A stretch of 59,607 nucleotides of DNA, counting the filler, from Sphacelaria rigidula (Eukaryota): assembly GCA_964200075.2 (NCBI GenBank). It is 6 parts of 6 records of this genome, joined end to end, with 100 filler letters (N's around TTAATTAATTAA, not from the genome) between each part and the next. Parts side by side here need not be neighbours in the genome. Positions count along the whole stretch, not along the records: positions 39,808 to 49,658 come from CAXNAA020007635.1; positions 49,759 to 59,607 come from CAXNAA020007636.1; 4 more parts are not named here. One strand, written 5' to 3'. The position numbers and the translations under genes are program-made. This document shows positions 48,234-59,607 of this stretch, one piece after another. Under the pieces are notes generated by a model that did no database searches, was not told the DNA's origin, and saw nothing but the letters and a program-made list of their open reading frames with translations. Positions within the stretch are counted from its first letter, which is position 1; each line of letters starts with the position of its first letter.

Positions 48234-49658
48234 CTATTTCGTTCGCGAGTGGACGGAGGACGGGGGCGGGGCGGACGGGGGAAAGGCACAGGAAGAGAGG
48301 TATGCTCATGGCTATATTCTTGTAGGAAGTATGTACGGTGGGGGAATACATGTGAAGTATGGCCATGCAAAGTGTGGGACGTGTAAAGAGTGTGGTTCTT
48401 GCGGGTACCATGACAGACCTGCCAAAAAAGAAAAAATAGTGATTGGTGGGCTTCAGCGAAGGATCAGTACAGGGAGTAAGTACAGTGTCTGAATAAATTG
48501 TGGCGAAACCCGAGAAAAATATACGTTTTTTAATACTGGGATCAATCCACCCACATTGCTCTGTACTTCTGTATTTATACTTCCGAGAATATTTCAGTAG
48601 GACACTGTTACTACCGTATGGAAAAATGGATTCGGTGTGTACCCTTCGTTTCTCAAACGTGAAAAAATGCAGCGTGCCCATACGTGAAGCTCGGGCAGGA
48701 TTTTGATGAGAGTTGACGCGGTGCGGGAGCGCTGACCCAATCCGCGAGCCGAGTTCGCAACTCTCGTACCGGGGAGAGATGGCTTTTTGATTCCTTGTGA
48801 GCACGGACTTGTCCCCAGCGAAAGTAGCGGCCGGAATTGCGTCGAATATATCTCTATATTGTATATCTTCAGCTACAAATTTCACGACGAGAACAAAAAC
48901 ACTAACTAGTCTTGAATCAAACATACCCATAGATGGCCTATCTCCAATAGGCTCCGTAAATCATGGGCGAAAAAAAACATGGAGCATGCCAAAACACACA
49001 CACACAAACACACACGAGAATCAGTCGAAATAGGTGTGCCGTCCAAAAGCAAGTCATTGGGCATTTTTCACTAATTTCCCCTGAAGTTTACATGGGCTAA
49101 TAAATGAAACGTCGGTTGGGGTGCCTTCACTCCACGGCACTCTGGCCGCTGCGGGTCACACCTCGCGTCGTCATTCATCGATTGGCGTGCCTATAGCGCT
49201 CAAACGGCAAGCCACACGAGCAGTCTGCACACCGCAGTTGACCACGAATATCTCGGGATGAACGGTGACACCATACTGGAGCATGACAGCAAAGTTGTAG
49301 GTAACTCGATCCATATCCTTCCTCAGCACGGCGCGCCGTTTCAGGCCGACAGTTCAAGCGGCAAACGAGATCCGCAACCTTTTCACCGCGACGCAGTCCA
49401 CCGGACTTCATTTACGTATGTGTAACTACGTCAATGCACCGCTATTATGCGCCTTGACTTCTCTTCACGACGACTCCTGTGGTAAAAATCCACAAGATCC
49501 ACTTTCTTATTTTTTTTTGCGGTCAGGAGCTCAAGGTTCACAACTCCTCCCCTCTCCCCCCACTTCATGCGACTCGCCGATAACACCACGGCGCTTCGCG
49601 CTTGGTGGTTTGTTTGAGTGCAAGCCTGGTCCGGCGAAAACCCGGCGTGCTCCGTCCC

Positions 49659-49758
49659 NNNNNNNNNNNNNNNNNNNNNNNNNNNNNNNNNNNNNNNNNN
49701 NNTTAATTAATTAANNNNNNNNNNNNNNNNNNNNNNNNNNNNNNNNNNNNNNNNNNNN
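49659..49758. other. Artificial spacer
   Basis: Same design; truncates the NEMF gene 5' end. Confidence 0.97.
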
Positions 49759-51124
49759 TTCGAGTCGCTCCACCCGTCAGACATGCTCACCCGAGGGTAG
49801 ACATGTCCGGCGAATGTATGAATAGGCACCAAGGTGGGAGTGCCCCCCCACCCAGGTAGTGTCGGACTTGGGGAATAAAAATAAAAGTGTGCCTCACCGA
49901 CCAAACCTCCTACAATGTCCCCTAGCTCGACTCTGTACACGAGTCACCCTACCCATCCGAGCGTCGGCCCTCAAGATAGGCTGTGTAGGTCATGTCGTGG
50001 GTTTTCTCGGGGCCGGTACTCGCGGTATTTCTCAGTCTGACATCTACGCTATTTCACTCTTTCTGTTTTCTGCTCCGTGCTTCTCCCATTTTCCCATTTC
50101 CTAGACTTTCCTGTAGCGAGAATGCCTGACTGTTGACTTTGGGCCCGTCTAACTTGCGACCAGGGCTACATCCCGCGGGGGTCGGGTAATGTGTGGCACT
50201 CTATCCATTACTCGATCGTCCGACGACTGCCCTTATTTTACAACCCCACACGCTGCAAGCTGCATAGCAGAATTCACGGCGTAATTACTTATTTTAATTA
50301 GTTGACATGAATATCACACATACCGGGTCTCCACGGCACTCCTTAGACGCTGGTAGCTTATGCGGACTCCAGCCATCATCCGCCCTGCTTGCGAGATTTT
50401 CGACGGACATTCCTCTCCAACCCGGGATAAAACGCTGGCTACATGAAAAACGTTCAAGAGGGAGAGACAAGCGCGGGGTTTGTTGTATCATATATATATA
50501 TATACATATCCCTCACGCGTAGTTATGTCACGAACTGAAGGAACGACGCAAGCCTCGGGCTACGGCGGGAAATATTGTGTCTGGACCAGAAAATAATACG
50601 AGTATCATATAGTGTATACATATATTACGACGGAGTCACAAATATGCAGGGACGGTAAGGAAGGTCTCCCAACGTGGACCATGCGGCCGATCGCTGTTAG
50701 CCTCCTCAGTGACGCCCCCCTTTTTGTCCATTCGAGGCATTTATACACACGACTGAATATGCCTTTCCACGGTTTGGTTATATGTACATCTACACACAAC
50801 TGTTTCAATCAATTCTGCGATGACGACCTCAAATGACGGGAATGCAGGTTTGTTCGAGTGCAGATCTCCACGCCGTGTTCACGACGATTTCTCCGTATCA
50901 TTCAGGACAACATGACTTTCAGTAAAGTGGGGGCGACGACATTTTCTGGTGCAGGATATATAAGTTGTCGTATGTCTACCTGCTCCATGGGGGGAACGAG
51001 ACAGTAGTGTCATTCAGTCAACGGGCTGATGGAACCAGAGGTGCCATTTCAGGTGTTGACCTGGGAATTTGTTTCCCTCCGACTACGCAAACGTATCTCC
51101 CAAGATCTTCGCCCGGTCCTTTCA

Positions 51125-53540
51125 TCACCTGTTCTCTCTAACACCCCGAATACTCCTCCTAAACAGTCGTTGTAAATTCTCGTCATCGGGTGCCACATTC
51201 AGTCCACCCAGAAATGCACGGCTGGCGTCAGCATGCTCCTGGTACGGCGCAGGATGCAAAAAACGATATTCATAGGCTCGTCCTCCTCACATACCTAATC
51301 TCCCACAACACTATTTTTACGTCCCAGACAAGAATCAAGACATGACGCGTGGAAAAAATAGCGTTCAGGCGTAGTAGATCGCATAAAACAAGACAAGCCT
51401 AGATGTTGGGTACGTGATCACAACACACCATCGTGACAGGAGCAATGCTCGCTTTCAGCGACAGCTCCGTATGGTGATGCTGCTGTGCCGTAAAGCTGTT
51501 TTCTACTTAATGTTTCGGACAGGGGAAAACTGATCCACCGCGTTTTTGATTATCTGCTGTCGGTTCTACCTGCTTCATCAGCTTTCGACGTGCGTTTGGT
51601 GGTGCTTGCAGCTGAGCGCAGCTTTTGTGTTCAGTACTCTGAATGAGACAAGGACTGACTGTACGCTACAGCAGTAGCATGTGATGAGGGTGCCGCCCTA
51701 CCAAAGTGGGTCGCCAGTCCAGCATGGTGGTCCTGCGGCAGGATCCCGTGCTACACTCGTTCAATAAACTAGCCCACTCGACACAAGCAGAGCAAGTCCA
51801 ACCCTTCAAGAACAATCTTAGCAGCAGGTTGACGGGACACCGCACTTGGAGAGGTCGCACTACTGTACATCCACCTGTCCGAAGCGTATATGTTCATACT
51901 TTCCCTCACGCGCATCTCAAGAAGAGCTTTTCCCTTCTGCAGAAAAGCCAGTGGCTGGACGGGTTCTATGGCCAACGACTGGTCGAGGTCGTGCACCACT
52001 TCTCTCAGCTCCCCACCGTGCCTGAATCTCGCACAACCCCTGTTCGCCCGCACCGGGGATGTCGGAGTGAAAGCAACGTCAGCTGACCGTATGAGTGCAC
52101 CACGTTGCTGGCTCGTGGTCTTCATCCATCGTCGTGCAAGGTGCCTTCGTCTTGAATAAGCGACGCGGTTTCATTTTTCATCAAGATACCGCGCGAAGTG
52201 GTACATAACACGGGATCTTACAAATTGAGGATGGATCTTTTATTGGGGATGAGAAACCCGGAGAATTCAAATCTTCGTATCCACACCAAATCTTCTAAAC
52301 ATGATTCCATTCCTTCACCTACTGATAGCTATTGACAACTGCTACACGCCATAGAAATTTGGATTTCAATCTCCGAAATGTTGGGGTCCTAGGTAAAAAA
52401 TCAATTTTGGGCAATTCCGGGTGTCCGAACGGACGCCAAAATGGTTCCAAAATTGGTTTTTTACCTAGGACCCGAATGTTTCGGTGATCTGAATCCAAAT
52501 TTGTATGGCGTGTGGCAGTTGTCGATAGCCATGAATGGGTAAAGGAACGGAATCATGTTTCGGAGATTTGGTGTGGATACGAATATTTGAATTCTCCGGC
52601 TTTCTCATCCCCAAAAAGAGATCCATACCCAATTTGTAAGATCCTGTGTTACATGCTGTACCATAACAGGGGAATCGTCGGTATCTACACCCGGGTAGTC
52701 TTGCACTCTCGATACATGGGCTCTGGTGTTTCGTAGACTCGCGTCCCACCCATTTAGTACTATCGTGTGTCCTCGACAGCACAACGGCTTTCCAACCCGG
52801 CATATTCGCACCGTCGTGGGACCCGGCAATATGCCAATTTACTGCATTTGCTGAAATCATTGTAGCGCGTCAGCCTTGATGAAGAGCGCTTCTAGCTGTG
52901 ATGCGCTGGGGCACCCCCCATGGTTTTGTTGTTTTCATCGTGCCGGTAACACCTCTTCTTCCTTTCGAGGTCTCGAGCGACAAATCCATGACTTCCCCGG
53001 TACCGTACTTGTCTGAATGTTTTGGTGTCATGGGGTAGATCAGCACTCCCGTATCGCGTCGGTCCTCGTTAAATCCTCGGCTCTCGTCAAATATTCTTGC
53101 TACTTGCACCCTCAGGTTTTCAACAACGGCGAAACGACAATATTATAAAACGATTCGTACATGTCGGGATTCACCCCGCATGTTCGTCGTGTACCAGTTC
53201 GACGGTACAGGAGCGCGACGGACGTGTCTCCATGTATGGAAGGAGGTGGTAGATGTGAACAAAGCTAGGGTGGCGCGCAATGTGCTTGGTGAAAAAATGT
53301 TGGTCGCCCACTGTTGTTCGGTGCATGCTTCTTCGTTTTGTCTACAGCAGAGTACACGAACGAGGCGGACCTTCGAAAAAGGAGCCTTGCGAGCTCGTGG
53401 TCGTGTTTGGACGTATTCCCTTTGTCATCTTCCTTCCATAACTTCCGAACGATATCGATCGCGAGCGTAAAAACACGAATACTCTCTGCGTTGCAACCAG
53501 CGCGGAAAGCAGCTTCTCCTCGCCTCCTGAAGGCGTTCGC
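51125..53540 (-). CDS. TPR-repeat protein, 3' exons (partial model)
   Basis: Exon from 53540 ANAFRRRGEAAFRAG...FTLAI; exon ending 51910 ANRGCARF...DLDQSLAIEPVQPLAFLQKGKALLEMR splices in phase to 51238-51125 EHADASRAFLGGLNVAPDDENLQRLF...*. Middle exon borders and upstream exons (possibly to ~56410) uncertain. Confidence 0.65.
52206..52651. mobile_element. ~445-bp foldback MITE in a TPR-gene intron
   Basis: TAACACGGGATCTTACAAATTG ... CAATTTGTAAGATCCTGTGTTA; arms ~205 bp complementary nearly to the centre. Confidence 0.88.
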
Positions 53541-54040
53541 CTGACACCGAAGGGCAACAAATGCAGTCAAGAGGGTTTAAATACGTTCTGGCCACATGCA
53601 CGATCCCCCAGTGCCACAATGATGAATCCGCAGTAAACATGAAGCGCTGTCAAGGTTTTGAAAGAATTCGCCGCCCAGTGCATATTGCACAGGAGGTAAG
53701 ATCGACACGAGCAAGACCAACAACACGGACAAGGTGGAGCTCATAGCTCGCTGTCACCAAATATTCCGGAATACCGAAATCGTTCATCATGCTAAAACCA
53801 CCGACTTGATAAATCACATCTGTATTCCGGTGACCGCGGCATTGAACGAGGACTGTTTTGACGTGGTCATACGCAAGCAATAATAATAACACCTCGACTC
53901 TTACGGACACTCACCATTCAGGGAATGTGCAACCAAGAGAAGGGATCTACGTCATAAACGCTAGTCACCGTAGATCCGTTCAAGGGCTATGGTATTCCTG
54001 CGCATTCAGCACCCCAACAACGAGGTCTCTATAATCTCTA

Positions 54041-54099
54041 AGCCGGTCGCCCCGGTGGCTCAGTTGGTAACTTCGCGCCCTCTGACCGTTGGGTCGTAG
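54041..54099 (+). mobile_element. Truncated tRNA-derived SINE head
   Basis: First 31 nt identical to 29686-29716; B box absent. Confidence 0.6.
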
Positions 54100-57000
54100 T
54101 TACCCGAGTCATTCGAGCAGGTCTACTCGAGTCTTTCCAGAATTTAGCAACGAAGTAAGATACTGACTTACACTACCCAGGATACAGCACAGAGTATACG
54201 ATGATATGTAGTATGTACAATACTACACGCGATATTGTAGCGATACAGCAGCATAACCGTTGAGGTGCCGCACTATGCCCCACCGTATGATACTGTTCCG
54301 TATCGTACCGTACTAACTGAGCTATACTGCGTAGTGTATATACGGCACCGCCAGATGATACACCGCACGATGCGGCACGGTGTAGTACTCCTCTGGCTGA
54401 ACCGTGTTTTGTGTACGGAACTCGTGCTCTGCACTCTGCCCTGCTGTCCTGCACGAGACACATTTGTACTGCGCTGGTGTGGGGTACCCTCACCGTCAGG
54501 AGATCGCTTCACTGCACTACTACTTCACCGCATTGCAAGTGCAGCAGCTCGACTTGACGCCACGGGAACGAGATTTGTCAAACCTTTCTTGCGCTATATA
54601 TACCGCGCCTGCTTTGTACAAGTTTGGGTTGTACAACCAACTGCGGGTCAGACTTGTTATCATTTTCCTCTCTATTGCTCGCGCGACCTGAAACAGAGTT
54701 TTCCTCATTTTATTATAATAACTCGCGCGACAACGGAAACTTCGTCCTCATTTCTCGATAATTTGTTGATCTCGAATCAGAAATATTCTTATTTCCCGAG
54801 GTAGACGACTGGCAGGACTTGACTTAGACCCATCCTTTTTTTTTTCGGACGACGTATAGGACGCGAGTCAGACTCATATTTTTTGTCCTGATGGCTCGTC
54901 GAACATGAGTCATCACTCCTTCAATGTGTGGTGTTTTCTCTGCAACGCGGTGTTAGTTTCCATTTGCACGAACGGATGGCCATAGCCTCGCGTATCGCCA
55001 TGGTGAACACTAACGAGCTTCTAAAATTGGTGTAGCTGCGAGTAGCACATATGGATCCTTGAGGGAGTGGGTACGCATACCGTTTTTAGAAATACATCTA
55101 CACTTGAAACGTGGAGAAAAGCTCGGGGCACCTGCGTTTGAGGCCGCTCCTCGGCGCATTTGGTCGCCATCACCTACCAGCATACCACAGTACGCAATGG
55201 TGGCTCTCTCAACAAAATGTTCAGCGCCGGTATAGCAGGTGGTGATACCAGTCTCCCAAAGATGCCCAATAGTATTCTGGTTTTGTATGGGTACATGTTG
55301 AAGCCGCAGGTTGCACCTATATCTCAACCCATATGTGTACATGTGGACGGCCCTGGTTGCGTCTAGAGTATATCCCAACCCATGCATGCTGTGCAGTCAC
55401 CTCTCCTGTCGATCGAATGATGTAAGCCCGGAAGTCTACGCCCTTTTGCACCGTCGCGGTATCTACCCGTACCCTCGGTATCGTGCCCAACGTATCATAG
55501 CTTTTTGTAAGAGTGCCACTCGTAGTGCTGCTCGGGTTATCTCCTCCGTCGCTTGTATTGCAAACCACATCACCATTTCCGAGACTGGGAGTGGCGGTGT
55601 CGCCAAGGCTGTGAACTCCTCCTGCAGTTACACTCATTATACGGTGCAGTGGGCGGAAGATGAAGTGATCGATAGCACGTTTAAAAAATCGCCACCACAG
55701 AGCGTTGGCTGTATGCCAAACATGCATAGGACACGCTCAGTTAGTTTCTGGCGACAAGATGGCATCAAGCGCTCATATTCTGTGCTCGCAAGATGGAGAT
55801 TGACACGCAACGTGTGTCGGTGGCCCAAAGTTTCGGTTCGTTTTGAAACGCTTGCAACTCCGCCGCATTCTGCCACATTCCGCCGCATGTTGGCCGAGAA
55901 ACTCTGTGATACAGAGATACAGATACAGAGGATTGGGAGTGCTGTCGCAGCGTCCCTGTAGCACACGGTAGACGCATGTTTCGAGACCAGGCTTTTTGGG
56001 CGTTTTTTTCCACAAAGTGCTAACCGCCATCTTCCTTCTACGCACCGCAAAGCTCAGCTTTGCCGGACTGGTGGCATGTATGCACCCACTGCATGAAAGA
56101 AGCGCCGATTGATCGACGGCTGCACGAATAAAATCAAAACGCGAGCACGCCCATCTTCACGGTGAAGTGTTCCCATCGTACGTCGCACGGACCTCCGAGT
56201 ATCTACAGCGTACTTTGGGGGCACATTAACCATTCGATACTGCTAGCAGTTGGTGAAGGCGACAAAAGAATGCATGATGAGGGGAGTCTTACATACAAAG
56301 CCCGACCATCGGGCTGGCAAAGCAGGGGAAGGCGCGGCTGCGGGCACGGCACAGGGCAAGCGGCTGTCGAACCTCGAGAGCTCGAGCGTTTCATCGATCA
56401 CAGGTGCCATAGATCAATGTAAAGACGCCGCTGCGACGTAAAGCGCTTCTGTTTCTCCAGCTACCATAGTATAATCAGTCAAGCCGATGGTCGACTCGTA
56501 CATACGCTGTAGCAGCAAAAAAAGTAGCTTGTTCCAGCAGTTGGCATACGAACACTTGGGGCTCGGTTGATTGAGCGGTAATCAAGTAAGTAGTACTGTA
56601 AAGCCGCCCGCCAACAGTCAGTACGCCCTCATAAAATAATCCTTCGCCTGGAATCACGTATAGGCAAACCATGGGGTTGCCTCCCTTGATGCTTCGCAGA
56701 TTGCTGTGCTGCTGCTCGCTATGCATCCCGTTCAACAAAATATGTCGGGAGTATTTGATTTGATCAAGCTGCCGTAGAGGGCGCAGGAACGATACGAAAG
56801 TACGAAACGCGAAACACTTGGTACTTCCAGAGGGAGAACCTGCGACTGAAGAAATTGGACAGTACCTGCAGGATTCAGGTCCGCACAAAAACGGCATTTA
56901 CGTCCGAACAGGCGTTCACTACATGTATGCGTTCAAAGTATTTTCTGTTTCTGGAATATTCCATTGGAGCTCCGAGACGTAAACAATCAAAGGGCAAACA

Positions 57001-59174
57001 ACCGTGTGTGCAGACGGAACAGTAGATATTAGTTTGAATTATCATCTCACGAACCCTGAACCAACCAACGCACGAATAACATACCCACCGAACAAGAACG
57101 GCCAAAAAGAGCGCCAACGGGGGGGGAAAGCGGGGGAATACGTTGCACGCGAGTGATGCATTTCCACGCTGAACCCGAGACTGTGAAGCTCGCTGTGGAA
57201 CAGTATATATCACCGGCTGACAATTAGCACATTACAGGCTGGTCCGCGCTTATCACTCAAAATTGTGTCATCAGCAAATGCCTTCCGCAATACCTACCTG
57301 ATAGTCGCATATATGGCATCATGCTGACCGCCATGGACAGCTGAGGAGCGTGATATAGTCGGAGTCGCATGTAGGGCTGTAGTGGTGGCACTGAGGGCGA
57401 AAAGGTACACGAGTGGTCACTGGAACACGTCATGCGCCCTTGATAGTGGAACCTAGGTCATAATACGTTTTCGAGTTTGAGTAAACGTGTGTACGGCGGG
57501 GGTCGATTTGTTATCGCACGCGTCGTCACTTTGTGTAAACTTAACAAACCCGCCGATAGGCTGGGATATTTGTTTCTCGAACTGGTCCATGCTGTAAGCA
57601 TGCTACCCAGCTTGCCCTCAGCGTTTCAATACGCAGATAACGTGCCGTAACGTGTGCCAGCGGCCACCCGTGTACCTCGACCAATCAGCGCCCTCCAAAT
57701 TGCTCTGAAATCGAAAATACGAATTCCAAGCCCAGTATTCACCCGATCTTCATATGCTTCAAATCTTAGTAACCGCCATCAGCTCGAGAATCTAATGGGG
57801 AAAACATGTTTGACAACGGTTATTACGGGGTCGAATCATACGCGAAACCGTGGTGTTTCGGCGATGTGGGGTCTAGTGTCGTCTAATTTCCACTGGTGAT
57901 ACGCACACAAGACCCCAGGGAGCCTCGTGACAGTTTTTGCTATATCTGTTGTGGAGAAGCTCAGATCGCCCTCAAACGTGGCAGTTCCGTAGGTATTGAT
58001 GCTTCAAATAGAAAAATCGCATTCTTGACGATATTTCAAAGTTTCTCCGTTCTCTACCGGCTTCTGGGAGTCGGAAAGTGGTACAGAATGCTCGAGAAGA
58101 AAAGGAAAAATTGATGCGTCTCGGGGTAGTCCACGGAACATAGTATATCGAAAAAATGAGATACTCAAGACCTCATACGATTTTTCTTGCCTTCACGTCA
58201 AATACACCCAAAAAAGGACGATTTCATATTAAAACCAAGTAGTCAGGAATTTGCAGGTTTCAAGCTCGCGTCATCGCACAAACGCGCTAAAATTCGCGCC
58301 GTTTTCAGGAGTTAGACTCTCAAAGTTTGCATAATTGTGCTATGGACCATTACGTTACTTTCTATGGACAACTGTTTTTCACATATTTGACTTTCTGGTG
58401 TTTTTCGGAAGTCAGACGGGATACAGCATTTCCCCCTAACCCCAAGACACTCGAAAAACGGCGAAATAGTCAAACTGTAAAAAAAAAATACGCGATGTTC
58501 GAAAGTTGGGTAATGACCCATATCAAATTTGTGCAAAAATTCAGGCTCTAACTGCAAAAATCGGCGTGCAAGTTTTGCGGATGAGGGATTCTAGATTGAT
58601 AAACGTGAACCAGCTTGTAGCAATCGCGGCCTGCCAACAACCAAGATGCCTGTTCCAGGGATGGTCGTCAGCTACTACCTCGAAATAGATGATCACGTCA
58701 CGGGTAATCCCCAGCAGGCAACATATTCGGCCCGACCCTCTGTATATATCATGTATGAGGGGTCACAAAATAGTGCATTCATATAGGTTCTCAGTACGCT
58801 ACAGTGTTGTCCGGCAGTAGTAATAGTAGTTTACAACTAACAATTCTGCCACCTGCCGGCACGGAATTTTGCGAGGAATAAGAAGTCTTCTCCGCCACCT
58901 CGTGCCGTTGGACTTCGCTTCGAGCATGATGCATGATTGTGCAGCAGCGACAACGTGTGTTGGGATCACGTCGTACACAGCAAACGCCGTATCTGTGGCC
59001 ATAGTACCTATCGCTACTGTCATGTGCTGGCCAAACAGACCCAGTTGGCCTGGGGGGTGGTGAAATGACCCTTCCCATCGATTGGCGAGTATGGTCACCA
59101 AAGACTCCGACCAGAGAGTAGCAGAAACGAATATCCCCGCGTGCGCCACGGCGACATATTGGTGACCCCTTCAG

Positions 59175-59607
59175 AAGTAGAAAGAGATATACCAGTAGTC
59201 GTGTGGAGGAGGAAGTAGATGCACAGAATTGCCCCTGTGGCGAAGCAATAGAGAGCAGAGCGCACACAGTGGCAAAATGTGAACTATACACGGAGGACGG
59301 GACGTGCTAGATGGGGAAATGAGGGACGTGAACGAAGGTTGCACGCATGAAATCGTGTGATGCACTAGACGGTAGCGAGAAAACGATGGCTATGCTAGGA
59401 GATATATGGTGACCACAGACGGCGAAACAGGGCGGGGATAAGATACGTAAAAGGTTTTAGTGCAATGTATGGAAAAAACGTAGTGATCACCGAAATGTTG
59501 AAGGTGTCTCTATTAGGAGCAGGAAGGGTGCTCCGCCTCGAAAGGGATGCGTGGTCAATGGTCAAATGACAAAGGCAAGCAACAGATGAGTACGCTCCCC
59601 CCCCCCC
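59175..59607 (+). mobile_element. LINE ORF2 C-terminus and 3' end with poly(C) tail (longest copy)
   Basis: RKRYTSSRVEEEVDAQNCPCGEAIESRAHTVAKCELY (CCHC knuckle typical of non-LTR ORF2), then degenerate MLGDIW*PQTAKQGGDKIRKRF*CNVWKKR, ending gagtacgct-poly(C). Confidence 0.85.

Noticed and set aside
55150-56410. Candidate upstream exons of the TPR gene (e.g. MAPVIDETLELSRFDSR… near 56410)
   Set aside because: Splice signals are plausible but I could not build a phase-consistent chain; left out of the model.

Overview
Repeat-rich eukaryotic nuclear DNA, most likely a brown alga (inferred from many short GT-AG exons, WSC-domain exons, a signal peptide plus 'AF' plastid-type leader, and the transposon types). 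The window is not one locus: it is six ~9.85-kb segments joined by identical artificial 100-nt spacers (N44-TTAATTAATTAA-N44), so genes are cut at segment ends and adjacency across spacers means nothing. Host genes: one CaMK-type kinase exon; the last 8 exons of a putative jelly-roll polysaccharide (alginate, PL41-like) lyase with two WSC domains; an intronless TrmB-like SAM methyltransferase; the last 4 exons of NEMF/Rqc2, carrying an unexpected hnRNP-Q/SYNCRIP NURR-like domain; and 3' exons of a TPR protein. Mobile DNA dominates: hAT, piggyBac-like and CACTA-like non-autonomous elements, MITEs, tRNA-derived SINE heads and a 1.1-kb palindrome. The two most unusual items are (1) a decayed Ty3/Gypsy element with a cytosine-5 DNA-methyltransferase-like domain between RNase H and integrase plus chromo-like and Tudor-like domains after integrase, and (2) a LINE family that ends in poly(C), sits next to C tracts and in one case made an ~85-bp target duplication that copied a splice donor. 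All domain calls are by-eye motif recognition, not database searches.
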